Shown in pieces: positions 38,596 to 48,479 of a DNA stretch of 54,330 nt (position 1 is its first letter; every line of letters begins with the position of its first letter). Origin of the DNA: a virus (Duplodnaviria > Caudoviricetes); IMG/VR virus record IMGVR_UViG_3300044846_004207, positions 1 through 54,330 of that record, one strand, 5' to 3'. A program made the position numbers and the translations under genes. Below the pieces are notes generated by a model. That model had not been told where the DNA came from and made no database searches. It worked only from the letters and a program-made list of their open reading frames with translations.

Positions 38596-40413
38596 TTACT
38601 TATCTATTAAATCGTTAAGTTTTTGATTAATTTCTACAAGAGAATTTTTTCCTTTTGATAAATCCATAGTGTTATTACCATAAAAAAGGGTTTCTTCTAA
38701 GATTAAATCTAACCCATCTTTTACAAATCCTTCAGGTGCCAAACCAGCTTCACCTCCCGGAGGTGGTGCTCCACCTGGTTCAGGTTCAGATCCTCCCGGA
38801 GGTGGTGCTCCACCCATATCACCTCCACCGGCACCACCTTCTGCAGGTGCTCCGCCAGCTTCATCATCCTTTTTACCGTATAAATTATCGATATTATCAA
38901 ATAACCCTGTTTTAGTAATAACTTCTGCAGTTTTACCAAGTTCAGCAGAAACCGCCCTTTCAATTCTTTGTTGTTGTAAGTCAAGTCTTATTTCTTCATC
39001 TGAGAAACCAAGTATGTGTTTCTTAGCCCAAGAAGCAGAAACAGGAGCAACAGTATCAGCAATCGGTGTAACAGCATCTTTATATAATGTAATTTTTTCT
39101 TTCCAAACCTCAACACCAAGTAAATCAGCCTGTTTAGATGGGTTATGTAATCCTAAACTGAAATTAGTAAGTTCGTCCTCGAATCCTAAAAGAAATAAGT
39201 GAATTATTGCAATTTTGTTTAATTCGGAAAGCATAGATTTTTGAATCCTATTGATTGTTCTAGCAAATCTAATATCTAAAAGAGAAAGGTTTTTTCCATC
39301 ACCAACAGCCTCCTCAAAACCTAAATATGCCTTTGGTACTCTTAATGCCGTTACAAGTTTCTTTTGGATATATTCAATATCTGCAATTTCCGCTAAGTTT
39401 GTACCTCCAGGTAAAGTTTCTATTGGGTTGGTTTGTGCTGGGTCTCTAACAGGGATAAAGAAATCTTGATCGACAGCAAGTTGGTTATATCTTAAATCGA
39501 CGTTTCCTGTTTTTGGATCGGCAATCTGGTCTCTTTTAAATTTATTTGCAACTCTTTGTACATATGGATCAACATCTTTATCATCCATATTACCAACAAA
39601 CACTTTAAATACTCTTCTTTCAGGTGCTCTTGAAACACGATAAATTAACATAGCATCTTCAGATAATAAAAGTTGTTTCCATATTCTTCTTGCTTTTTCT
39701 AACATAGAAGTACCATAAGGTAATTTTCTATCATCACCTAAAATTCTAAAGTGTCCAACTTCCCAAAGATTAAATTCCATATTCTTTTCTTTCCACACGA
39801 ACTTTAATGCATCGTTCTCCATTTCTTGGGAATACTTATCGGGTTGAAATCTCATCCCTTTTTCTAACCTTTCAATTTGTATATTTGGTAATTGTTGGCA
39901 ACCAACTACCCCTTTTTCGGGATCTAATTTTAGATAAACAAAATTGTCACCAAATTTACAAGTGTTTCTTGTCCACATCGGTAAATTGGTATTAATGTCC
40001 AATCTTGTTACAAATAAGTCAGTTAATACAGATTTGATTCTTTTTGATTCTGAATAAACTTTTAAAATGTCTCCGTCTTTATCGGGAGTAGTAGATTCTT
40101 CGGCATAAACATCAAGTGCTGCTGAAATTTCAGGAGTATATTCCATAGATTCGTAATCATAGTATGAAGCCATTCTTGTTGGTTCATAATAGACAGCTTG
40201 TTGATATAAATTGGATTCAACCTTTTGCCATTGTTTACCCAAATATACAGTTTGTTGTGCTTGAAGTTTTTCAACTTCATATTCTTTTTTGTCTGTAGTT
40301 TTAAGTAATTCTTTTTTATCGAATTTGAATACGGGGGATTGTTGATCTAAAGTTGCACTCGGTCCAAATGCTTTACTCAACCTTTGCCATATTGTATATT
40401 TATCTTGTGCCAT
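38596..40413 (-). CDS. Portal protein (T4 gp20-like)
   Basis: PEISAALD, LSEDAMLIYRVSRAPERRVF, DFFIPVR, IETLPGG, ALRVPK. Confidence 0.95.
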   Translation of the reverse strand: MAQDKYTIWQRLSKAFGPSATLDQQSPVFKFDKKELLKTTDKKEYEVEKLQAQQTVYLGKQWQKVESNLYQQAVYYEPTRMASYYDYESMEYTPEISAALDVYAEESTTPDKDGDILKVYSESKRIKSVLTDLFVTRLDINTNLPMWTRNTCKFGDNFVYLKLDPEKGVVGCQQLPNIQIERLEKGMRFQPDKYSQEMENDALKFVWKEKNMEFNLWEVGHFRILGDDRKLPYGTSMLEKARRIWKQLLLSEDAMLIYRVSRAPERRVFKVFVGNMDDKDVDPYVQRVANKFKRDQIADPKTGNVDLRYNQLAVDQDFFIPVRDPAQTNPIETLPGGTNLAEIADIEYIQKKLVTALRVPKAYLGFEEAVGDGKNLSLLDIRFARTINRIQKSMLSELNKIAIIHLFLLGFEDELTNFSLGLHNPSKQADLLGVEVWKEKITLYKDAVTPIADTVAPVSASWAKKHILGFSDEEIRLDLQQQRIERAVSAELGKTAEVITKTGLFDNIDNLYGKKDDEAGGAPAEGGAGGGDMGGAPPPGGSEPEPGGAPPPGGEAGLAPEGFVKDGLDLILEETLFYGNNTMDLSKGKNSLVEINQKLNDLIDK

Positions 40414-40456
40414 TGTTATATTTTTTTATTAAAAATTAAATAGGTTTGTCTATAAA

Positions 40457-42232
40457 CTAAACCCTTTTACTACCGAATAACCATAAATAGTTTTCATAGT
40501 CACTTTTAGTCGGTCCACTTTTAGGGTAATTATTCAACCCATAAACATCTACAGGTATTCCGGGATTAAAACTTCTTGTCGGATCTGAATGAACTTTTGT
40601 TTCAACTTGCCAAGATTCTAACATTGCTTTTGTTTGTTCTGTAACCTTTTCTAACTGTGCAAATGATGTTTCAGCAACATAAATTGCCATAGCAAGAGCC
40701 ATAATTAAATCATCGTGTTGTCCTTTTTGGTGGTCAGGTCTACCATTAATGTACACAAATGTGTTTAATTCATTAAACAACCTTTGGGACTTCACACTAA
40801 AGTTATGTCTTAATGCTTCCTCAAAAGATGCTACTATTTGTACCCTTTTACTGTTAAAGTTAATTCCTGGTATTTTTTCTTGTGCTTTAGGATTCCACTT
40901 CCATTTATCTGCAGGGTTAACCCCATCAACATATAAATTTTTATATCCAAGTTCTTGTAGTTTTCTTGAAGTCGCAACACCCATTCCGCCTGTAATATCA
41001 GTAACAATAAGTGCGTTATACATCGTCCCCCATTTATAAGCGATTTCTGCAACAACATCAGGTGGTACTTTTGCTATGTATTCTAAAACTTGTTCTCTTT
41101 CCTCAAAATCGATGATAATAAATGTCGTAAAATCTTCACTGTCTCCTCTTGAAACGTCCATACCAAGTATATATCTGTGTCCTTGTACCGGTTCTTTCCA
41201 CTGCCAAAGAACTCCACCCATAAATTTATTTTCAGGTTCTCTAATATGGTTCTCTTTAATTTTTTTCATTGTTTCAGGTGGTATTACGTTATCCCCTGAA
41301 CCAAGAAAGTTACATTCTAATTCCTGTGAAATTTTTCTTTTATCAAACTTTAGTTTTTTTGCCATAGCCTCAAACCAAGAACTATATGCTTTGTACCCGT
41401 TTTCAACCTTTTCTTTTATCTCTTGAAAATTTCTATCTGAAACTTTAATATTACTATAGTCAATTGTTATTTCATCATCTTTATAATCAGAACGATTTAA
41501 CATATAGTGGACAATATCATCACATTTTATAAGTTTTAAATCTTTAGAATACCTTGGATCTCTAAACCAATACATTTCAGTGATTCTAAAGTCATTCATT
41601 CCTTTTATTGCCTGACTATAAATCGAATAATATATAGGGTCGAATCCGTTAGGTGTTGATATTACAATAACTTTACCTCCCGTTGAGAGGGATGCCATAC
41701 ACGCCGACCAAAAATCCTCATCAGCGTCAATATATGCTGCTTCATCAAAAATTAGAATTGTTGGTGTATATCCACGAAGTGCATCTTTAGATGTTGCAAC
41801 TGCCTTAACCTCACACCCGTTTGTTAATTTAAAATGTCTTTGTGAATTTTTTTCATTTGAAAATGTCACGCCTAACCATTTCGGCCACTGATCAACAAAT
41901 GCCCTTACTTTATTTGCCATTTCGACAGCAGTATCAAGTTTGTTTGCAATTATTAGGATTTTTTCGGGCTTTTCTTTACGGGCAAATACCAATCTTTTAG
42001 ATGCCCAAGCAGATGTTACAGTAGATACTCCCGCTTGTCGATATTTAAGTGCGATATTTTCTTCACACTCATCATAATCTTTAACTAAAGTTACTTGATC
42101 GTTAAAAAGTTCTAACGGAACATATTTTGATTGTGTGTTATCGTAAGTTTGTAAATATGTTTTTAGTGCGTAAGGTGTATCTCTGACGCATTTCGCATAT
42201 TCTAATAGTGCTTGTTCTTTCGATAACGCCAT
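40457..42232 (-). CDS. Terminase large subunit (T4 gp17-like)
   Basis: KYRQAGVST, IFDEAA, ISTPNG, QELECNF, GMDVSRG, HDDLIMA. Confidence 0.95.
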   Translation of the reverse strand: MALSKEQALLEYAKCVRDTPYALKTYLQTYDNTQSKYVPLELFNDQVTLVKDYDECEENIALKYRQAGVSTVTSAWASKRLVFARKEKPEKILIIANKLDTAVEMANKVRAFVDQWPKWLGVTFSNEKNSQRHFKLTNGCEVKAVATSKDALRGYTPTILIFDEAAYIDADEDFWSACMASLSTGGKVIVISTPNGFDPIYYSIYSQAIKGMNDFRITEMYWFRDPRYSKDLKLIKCDDIVHYMLNRSDYKDDEITIDYSNIKVSDRNFQEIKEKVENGYKAYSSWFEAMAKKLKFDKRKISQELECNFLGSGDNVIPPETMKKIKENHIREPENKFMGGVLWQWKEPVQGHRYILGMDVSRGDSEDFTTFIIIDFEEREQVLEYIAKVPPDVVAEIAYKWGTMYNALIVTDITGGMGVATSRKLQELGYKNLYVDGVNPADKWKWNPKAQEKIPGINFNSKRVQIVASFEEALRHNFSVKSQRLFNELNTFVYINGRPDHQKGQHDDLIMALAMAIYVAETSFAQLEKVTEQTKAMLESWQVETKVHSDPTRSFNPGIPVDVYGLNNYPKSGPTKSDYENYLWLFGSKRV

Positions 42233-42236
42233 TCAT

Positions 42237-42761
42237 TTAGTTTTTTCTTTTAATCATTTTAATTAACTCACCTTTAGTCGTATGTGGAGGTAAATGTTTT
42301 TCTAAAAGTTTAAGAATTCCTTCCTCAAGTTTTTTTACTTCGTTAGTTTCTGTTTTCTTTTTTGGTAAACCTTTATGTTTGGTTGATGCAAAATCTTCTA
42401 AATCTTTTTCTGACATTTTTTTTGCCATATCTTGCACCTTTTTTGAAACTTTAGATTTAGGTGTGTCACCTCTTTTTACTGAAAGAGCTAAACCCATAAT
42501 TTTTTGTTGTTGTTTAGAAACCGCTTTTTCTGTCATTTCACCTTCTTCCATTTCTTCTTCGTATGTGACAAATGGTTTTTTTTCTGATTTAGCTTTGGTA
42601 ATTGCATCAGTATCTGCTTTAGGTATATTCAGAACACCTGTTGATTGTTCAACAACTCTTTTATATAAAGCATTTAATTGTTTCCCATCCAATTTTTCCA
42701 AGGTACTAATTGAAAATCCTTCATAAAGAAGTTTAGCCAATTTAGGATTCATATGTTTCAT
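42237..42761 (-). CDS. DUF3008-like domain protein
   Basis: AVSKQQQK-MG-AL-VKRG...MSEKDLEDFASTKHKGLP. Confidence 0.65.
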   Translation of the reverse strand: MKHMNPKLAKLLYEGFSISTLEKLDGKQLNALYKRVVEQSTGVLNIPKADTDAITKAKSEKKPFVTYEEEMEEGEMTEKAVSKQQQKIMGLALSVKRGDTPKSKVSKKVQDMAKKMSEKDLEDFASTKHKGLPKKKTETNEVKKLEEGILKLLEKHLPPHTTKGELIKMIKRKN

Positions 42762-43161
42762 CTTGCACTAAAGTTTTTTCCCATTTTAATACGATATCTC
42801 GTTCATATAATTTGTTTTCAATTTCTTTTTCAGTTTCACCAAAATTGAAAACCAATCTTTTTTTCTTTTTTATTAATATTTCGTCACTATCCGATCTTTC
42901 CCACCCAAGAGCAATTACACCATCAACTGAATCATACACACCAAAGAAATCAGAATTCTGTATAAGATTTAATTCTATTAATGAATTTTTCAAAGTTCCA
43001 ACTCTTTTAATAAACTGAATTTCAGGTGGTTGTGGTTTTCCTGAAGCAGGTTCCGAATCCCAATCTTCACCCCAAACATCGTCCAAGTCAGAAAAGATAA
43101 ATTCATATATATTATCACCTTTATAATTTGGACCCAATTCATTTATATAAATCAATCTCAT
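42742..43161 (-). CDS. Hypothetical protein
   Basis: Coupled intact ORF. Confidence 0.7.
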   Translation of the reverse strand: MRLIYINELGPNYKGDNIYEFIFSDLDDVWGEDWDSEPASGKPQPPEIQFIKRVGTLKNSLIELNLIQNSDFFGVYDSVDGVIALGWERSDSDEILIKKKKRLVFNFGETEKEIENKLYERDIVLKWEKTLVQDETYES

Positions 43162-44519
43162 ATAATATCTCCGTTTGGTGTTACTTTTACTTGTTTACCG
43201 TTAATCGTAAAAACTAAATTTTTCTTATTTGTTAAACCAATGATTTTTGCGTTTGTATTTTCTTCCAACAAATAAAAAGCACTTAATCTTTGATTTTTTG
43301 TTTCACTTAATCTGTGAATTTCATTCTTTGTTTCAATTTTGTTAATTTTTTCTTTCAAAAATTGTTTCTTCTTTTTATTTTCTAAAATAGTTTTTTCACT
43401 TGGTTTAATATCAAAATATTTAGAAAGTACTTTTTCCACTTTAGATTCACTATAGATAGAATCTGTCATATAACCATAAGTTTCTTTTGGTTCTGACATC
43501 ATAGGTTCTTCAGTTGACATTGGTTCTTCTCCACCCAAATCAAATTCATCTTCTGAACCTAAGTCAAGTTCACCTGGACCTTCAGCACCGTAATCATCCG
43601 ATTCTTCGAATTTTGAAAGAATGTCTTCTTTATCATCCTCATCAAGATTTTCTAAATCAATTGCCGATAATATTGAATTTACAACATATTTTATATCTTG
43701 AGAATCCATACCTTTTTCTTTATCGTAAGCTCTGATTTTTTGTCCTAATTTTCCTGTAAGTTTTTGTATTGTTTTTAATGCGTAAGGCTCACCTGTTTCA
43801 TCGGATTCTCCACCCATTGGTGGTTCTCCCCCCATATCTTCTTCTCCCCCCATCGGTGGTGCTTCAGATCCCATATCTTCAGGTGGTAACCCCATACCTT
43901 CTTCACCTCCCATTGGTGGTGCTTCTGCTCCCATATCACCTCCTTCTGCTGGTGGGGCACCCATATCTCCCCCTTCCATTGGTGGTGGTACGCTTGCTCC
44001 CATATCTGCAGGTGGTGGAGGTGTACCCATATCAGCAGGTGGTGCCCCTGCTCCCATATCAGCAGGTGGTGGTGCACTTGCTCCCATATCAGCGGGTGGT
44101 GGAGGTGTTTCTACTGAAGGTTCAGTTACGGGTTTACTTTTTTTTTTAGTTCTGAGAACAAATCTTTGTTCTCCGATTAATGGAATCTCATTCTCGTTTT
44201 CGTGAATACGATTTAATTCACCAGCCAACAAGTTTAATTTTTTCATCGCCTCTGAATAAGATCTAAAATATTTTCTATGTCTAATAGAATCAGTATAATC
44301 TAAATTAGATTCATTAATTCCTTGTTTAATTATATATCCCAATCTTTCTTTTACAATACCATAGGTATTTCCATCAGCCAATTTGATAGTATAATTTAAT
44401 GTTGATAGTTCATTAATTTCTTGTTTAGGTGTTTCATTATATCTTGCAATTTCAAGGATACGTTTAATTTTATCCATACCTTGTAATTTTTCACTACCTA
44501 GTGGTTTTAAATCCGCCAT
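43158..44519 (-). CDS. Hypothetical protein with central Pro/Gly/Met-rich low-complexity repeats
   Basis: PPPADMG / PPMGGE repeats; late motif at 44563-44570. Confidence 0.7.
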   Translation of the reverse strand: MADLKPLGSEKLQGMDKIKRILEIARYNETPKQEINELSTLNYTIKLADGNTYGIVKERLGYIIKQGINESNLDYTDSIRHRKYFRSYSEAMKKLNLLAGELNRIHENENEIPLIGEQRFVLRTKKKSKPVTEPSVETPPPPADMGASAPPPADMGAGAPPADMGTPPPPADMGASVPPPMEGGDMGAPPAEGGDMGAEAPPMGGEEGMGLPPEDMGSEAPPMGGEEDMGGEPPMGGESDETGEPYALKTIQKLTGKLGQKIRAYDKEKGMDSQDIKYVVNSILSAIDLENLDEDDKEDILSKFEESDDYGAEGPGELDLGSEDEFDLGGEEPMSTEEPMMSEPKETYGYMTDSIYSESKVEKVLSKYFDIKPSEKTILENKKKKQFLKEKINKIETKNEIHRLSETKNQRLSAFYLLEENTNAKIIGLTNKKNLVFTINGKQVKVTPNGDII

Positions 44520-44594
44520 TGTTAAATGTTTTTAATGTTTAATTATTTTAAAAAACTTTTTATATAAATATATTGTTATTTAGTAATTTACTTT

Positions 44595-45368
44595 TTATTC
44601 GTAATTTTCTTGTTCTAAAGATAATCTTTTGTCTGTTATTTTGTTTTTGAAGTTTTCAAGTTTTTCAATATAACCATTTCTTCTTAAGAATTTAAAAACT
44701 AAATTCTCGTATGAAAACTCTCCTTCTTTTTTCAAACCGCACGTTCTATATTTTCTAAGTTTTTCACGATATTTTTTAACTAACTTTACTGCTTCAGGTA
44801 AAGATTTACTTTCAGCGTCATCTAAAGCTCCGTCAATTATGTCCATCCATTGTTCCGCCTTCTGTTTGATTTTTTTCTCGTTAACAACAAACTCTTCTTT
44901 TTTTGGAAATTTTACCCATTCATTTTCCATTAATGAATAAACTCCAGAACTTTCATTTTTTTCATTTAAATCTTGAACGTATACTTCTACTTCATAACCT
45001 TTAATGATAATGTCGTGTGCGGCGTTAAAAACGGTTTTTTTCAATCTAAATAATTCTTCATATAACTCTTTGTCTTCTTCAGCATCATCAAAGTCGTATA
45101 CAATATGTAAATCAAAGTCAGAAAACTCACTCCAATTGTATCCAACAAGAGAACCTACAAGAATTATATCTTGAACAAAAAAATCAACATCAAGATAATC
45201 GATAAATAATTCAGCAATTTTTAAAAGTCTACTTTTTATTTCTGACTTTAATTCGGGGTTTTGTCCTTCAGAATCTCCCGTATTTTTTTCTTTAGTTAAA
45301 TTCCATATATCTGGATTTAACTCGTCCTGTAAATAAAAACTGTTTATTATTTTTTTTGTGTCTGCCAT
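44595..45368 (-). CDS. Pol-beta-superfamily nucleotidyltransferase (start MADTKK at 45368)
   Basis: GSLVGYNWSEFSDFDLH (GS...DxD) and EVYVQD. Confidence 0.75.
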   Translation of the reverse strand: MADTKKIINSFYLQDELNPDIWNLTKEKNTGDSEGQNPELKSEIKSRLLKIAELFIDYLDVDFFVQDIILVGSLVGYNWSEFSDFDLHIVYDFDDAEEDKELYEELFRLKKTVFNAAHDIIIKGYEVEVYVQDLNEKNESSGVYSLMENEWVKFPKKEEFVVNEKKIKQKAEQWMDIIDGALDDAESKSLPEAVKLVKKYREKLRKYRTCGLKKEGEFSYENLVFKFLRRNGYIEKLENFKNKITDKRLSLEQENYE

Positions 45369-45390
45369 AAATATAAATACTCTAATTGGT

Positions 45391-45639
45391 TCAATTTTCC
45401 AATTTTTTATACTTATACTTTTTAGATATATCAGAATTAAAAAATTTACCCTGTGACTCAGACAATCTAAACCTAGCATAAACATTATGAGGAACATCTT
45501 CATATTCATATTTTACACCATTTTTAAATTCAGAAATTAATTTTTTTGTTTCTACATCATATTCTGTTCTAACAAGATTTGATGAGTTAATTTCACAAAT
45601 TATTTTTGTGTCGTGGATTGTTGTTCTTGTAATTGCCAT
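45391..45639 (-). CDS. KTSC-domain protein
   Basis: SSNL...YD...FKNG..YEY..VP...SESQGKFFN. Confidence 0.9.
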   Translation of the reverse strand: MAITRTTIHDTKIICEINSSNLVRTEYDVETKKLISEFKNGVKYEYEDVPHNVYARFRLSESQGKFFNSDISKKYKYKKLEN

Positions 45640-45746
45640 ATTTTTAGTTTTTTACATTTAATGTAACTATAATTTTATAGATTATAAATATTTGGACACC
45701 TACTAAAGAGTACAACAAAATTTTTTTGAAAAAAATATGAGTAAAA

Positions 45747-45778
45747 TTTGGCAGATTGTAATATTTTGTATAAGTTTG
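45747..45778 (+). promoter_or_regulatory. Bacteroidota primary-sigma promoter
   Basis: TTTG (45747) - 20 nt - TAAGTTTG (45771). Confidence 0.75.
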
Positions 45779-45813
45779 TGTTATAGTAATAAACCCTTAA
45801 AAAAATAAAAGTT

Positions 45814-46257
45814 ATGAAAAATTTGATTTTGTCTTTAGTAATGTCAGTAGTAAGTTTGGTTTCTTTTTCACAAGTAATTGAAATTGAATTCAGTAAGTTC
45901 ACTCTTTTTAATACAGGTATGTTAAGAGGGTATGATAATGTAATTGATTCCACGAATTATGTGGCGGTTGATAAAGATATGGTAGGTAAAAATAAGTATG
46001 TATTTGACTTGGATAATAAAACTGCAAAAAGATACTTCAATGGATTACTTGCTGAGAGTACTGATATTCTTACCTTCACAAAAAAAGGAAGTACTGTAGT
46101 TCTTACGATGAATGATAAAGAAACGTCTACTGGTAAAACTGTTGTTAGTACTGTTCATTTAAACACTAACAAGAACGATAAAACTAAACCTCACTACTTA
46201 ATGTACTTTATCAGTACTGTAACAAATACAACTAATGGTACGATTGTGTACAATTAA
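45814..46257 (+). CDS. Exported beta-rich protein with Sec signal peptide
   Basis: MKNLILSLVMSVVSLVSFS|Q. Confidence 0.75.
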   Translation: MKNLILSLVMSVVSLVSFSQVIEIEFSKFTLFNTGMLRGYDNVIDSTNYVAVDKDMVGKNKYVFDLDNKTAKRYFNGLLAESTDILTFTKKGSTVVLTMNDKETSTGKTVVSTVHLNTNKNDKTKPHYLMYFISTVTNTTNGTIVYN

Positions 46258-46284
46258 AAAAAAACCTCCAATCGGAGGTTTTTT
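46256..46284. terminator. Bidirectional intrinsic terminator
   Basis: A-tract cctcc-aatc-ggagg T-tract between convergent genes. Confidence 0.85.
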
Positions 46285-46287
46285 AAT

Positions 46288-46794
46288 TTATTTAACTTTA
46301 ACAGAAGAACAATACTTAGATGTCATATCAGCAATCGCCCCTTTATTAGGATAAGTTCCACCGTACATTGATTGACTCATCCAATTTTTAGCACTATTGG
46401 TGTCAAAGTTTGATTCCCTACCAGTTGACTTAAAATTAATATCAGTATATGTGTCATAAGAACCACCAGTTGCTCGTCCCATAGTACCCGTATTACAATC
46501 ATAAACCATAGATGCATATGTGTCAGGTTTCCCATCCATTGCAATACGAATTCCTAATTTACCTGGTTGTACAACCATATTACCTTTATTGTCTTTAAGT
46601 TTTTGTGGGTATGCTTGAACCTTAAATTTTACATCTGCTCCTGATGCATAATTTGCTGAATATTCTCTATTTTCTATACCAATTATGCTTGTGTAAAATT
46701 CCGGAGTCATAGTTGTTGTTTCAGTTTTTTCACTGATAACTCTTTTTATAATTCTTGTTAAATCTGATTCTGTTAATCTTATAATTCTTTTCAT
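46288..46794 (-). CDS. LTESDL-leader protein, copy 4
   Basis: MKRIIRLTESDLTRIIKRVISEKTETTTMTPE leader. Confidence 0.85.
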   Translation of the reverse strand: MKRIIRLTESDLTRIIKRVISEKTETTTMTPEFYTSIIGIENREYSANYASGADVKFKVQAYPQKLKDNKGNMVVQPGKLGIRIAMDGKPDTYASMVYDCNTGTMGRATGGSYDTYTDINFKSTGRESNFDTNSAKNWMSQSMYGGTYPNKGAIADMTSKYCSSVKVK

Positions 46795-46817
46795 ATAGTT
46801 TTTTATTTTATTTTATT

Positions 46818-47321
46818 TTATACCTTTGAGCAATAATTAGATGTCATATCAGCAATTGCCCCTTGATTTTTAAATAATCCTTCTGCATTATGAAGAGTGT
46901 TTTGTAAAATTTGTTTTCCCATCGCATGATCATAATTACTTTCTCTTCCGACACCTATAATATTTAAATCACTATAATCATCACCAATATATCCCATACT
47001 TCTAGTGAATGTTCCATTTTTACAATCATAAATTGTGCGTCCATAAGTGTTAGGTTTACCTGGCAATTCTATTGTAATATACAGTTTACCTGGTTGTCTA
47101 ACTGACTCCCCTTTATTGTTTTTAACGTAATAACCTGATGGTGTAACTTTAAACATAACATTCTTTTTTGATTTATCAAAAGCCTGTAATTCTTTACCAC
47201 CTATTCCATTTATTTTAGTATAACTTTCTGGAGTCATAGTTGTTGTTTCAGTTTTTTCACTGATAACTCTTTTTATAATTCGAGTTAAATCCGATTCTGT
47301 AAGTCTTATTATTCTTTTCAT
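46818..47321 (-). CDS. LTESDL-leader protein, copy 3
   Basis: Same 32-aa leader; body homologous to copies 2 and 4. Confidence 0.85.
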   Translation of the reverse strand: MKRIIRLTESDLTRIIKRVISEKTETTTMTPESYTKINGIGGKELQAFDKSKKNVMFKVTPSGYYVKNNKGESVRQPGKLYITIELPGKPNTYGRTIYDCKNGTFTRSMGYIGDDYSDLNIIGVGRESNYDHAMGKQILQNTLHNAEGLFKNQGAIADMTSNYCSKV

Positions 47322-47341
47322 AGTTTTTTTATTTTTTTTAT

Positions 47342-47839
47342 TTATACTGATTTACAATATTTAGATATCATTGTTGCAATAGTACCTTTTACAGGATACG
47401 TACCACCCTTCAAACTTTGGTTCAATAAGGATATTGCTCGTTCTGTGTCGTATTTAGCCTCCCATCCACCAATTGAAAAAATATAATTACTGTAATTATT
47501 ATCCAAACTACCTTGTGCATAACTCATAATATTTTTTTTACAATCATATGTCATAAGAGCTTTGGTATTAAGTTTACCATCCATCTTTACTTCTATACCC
47601 AACTTGCCAGGGTCAGCCACCATATTACCTTTGTCGTCTTTTATTTTAGGTTTGTATGGTGTAATTGTAAATGTCACGGGATTACCTGATTTATCTGTTC
47701 CTGAAATGGTTCTGTCACCAACACCCCTAAATTCAGTTACTGTTTCCGGAGTCATAGTTGTTGTTTCAGTTTTTTCACTGATAACTCTTTTTATAATTCT
47801 TGTTAAATCTGATTCAGTTAATCTTATTATTCTTTTCAT
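47342..47839 (-). CDS. LTESDL-leader protein, copy 2
   Basis: Same 32-aa leader; PGKL, YDC, YC conserved. Confidence 0.85.
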   Translation of the reverse strand: MKRIIRLTESDLTRIIKRVISEKTETTTMTPETVTEFRGVGDRTISGTDKSGNPVTFTITPYKPKIKDDKGNMVADPGKLGIEVKMDGKLNTKALMTYDCKKNIMSYAQGSLDNNYSNYIFSIGGWEAKYDTERAISLLNQSLKGGTYPVKGTIATMISKYCKSV

Positions 47840-47856
47840 AATTTTTATTTTTATTT

Positions 47857-48363
47857 TTATTTTGCAGGAGTACTAGGTATTGCTGATTGTAAATTTTTAA
47901 CCCAATCCAAAACTTTAAATGATTTACTAGCACTTGAAATAAGCCCACCAGGTACTTTAGAACCATAATTATCAAAATTTGATTTAAAATAGCTAGCAAC
48001 ATTATTGTATGTTGCTTCAGTATTGAGGGGTTGTTCGGCACCTCCAACATCTATAATAGCACTTGGTTTAAGTATTTCAAGGTTTTGTCCTGATACTGCA
48101 TCCTTGAAAACGTTAAAGGTACATCTAACAGCACTATTAGCAGCAACAACTTTATAATGGTTATTTTTAGGAAAAAATGTAACCGACTCTACTACCAAGT
48201 TCCCATCATTAGGAAAAGTACAATCATACGATTTTCCATTAACTGTTATTTTTAAAGGTATTGTTTGTCCTGGGGTTAATACTGTCGTTTCCACTTTTTC
48301 ACTAATAACTCTTTTTATAATTCGAGTTAAATCTGATTCTGTTAACCTTATAATTCTTTTCAT
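47857..48363 (-). CDS. LTESDL-leader protein, copy 1 (dissimilar body)
   Basis: Same 23-aa leader; late motif at 48381-48388. Confidence 0.85.
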   Translation of the reverse strand: MKRIIRLTESDLTRIIKRVISEKVETTVLTPGQTIPLKITVNGKSYDCTFPNDGNLVVESVTFFPKNNHYKVVAANSAVRCTFNVFKDAVSGQNLEILKPSAIIDVGGAEQPLNTEATYNNVASYFKSNFDNYGSKVPGGLISSASKSFKVLDWVKNLQSAIPSTPAK

Positions 48364-48479
48364 AATTTTTTTATTTACAATATAAATATGTGTTATTTAT
48401 AAAAAAATTCTAAAGACGTATAAAAAATAAGAATTGATTAATTTTTTAATATCAATTACAATTAAAAAAAAGAAAAAAT

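Noticed and set aside
32282-42232. Introns or inteins in capsid, portal or terminase genes
   Set aside because: ORFs are uninterrupted, with no intein C/S...HN signatures or large insertions of that type.
45369-45509. 47-aa N-terminal extension of the nucleotidyltransferase ORF
   Set aside because: Overlaps the KTSC gene; the ATG at 45368 follows the late motif and gives a more plausible start.
46288-48363. Diversity-generating retroelement or shufflon
   Set aside because: No reverse transcriptase or recombinase in the window, no template/variable repeat pair with A-specific changes, and the repeats are direct gene 5' ends.
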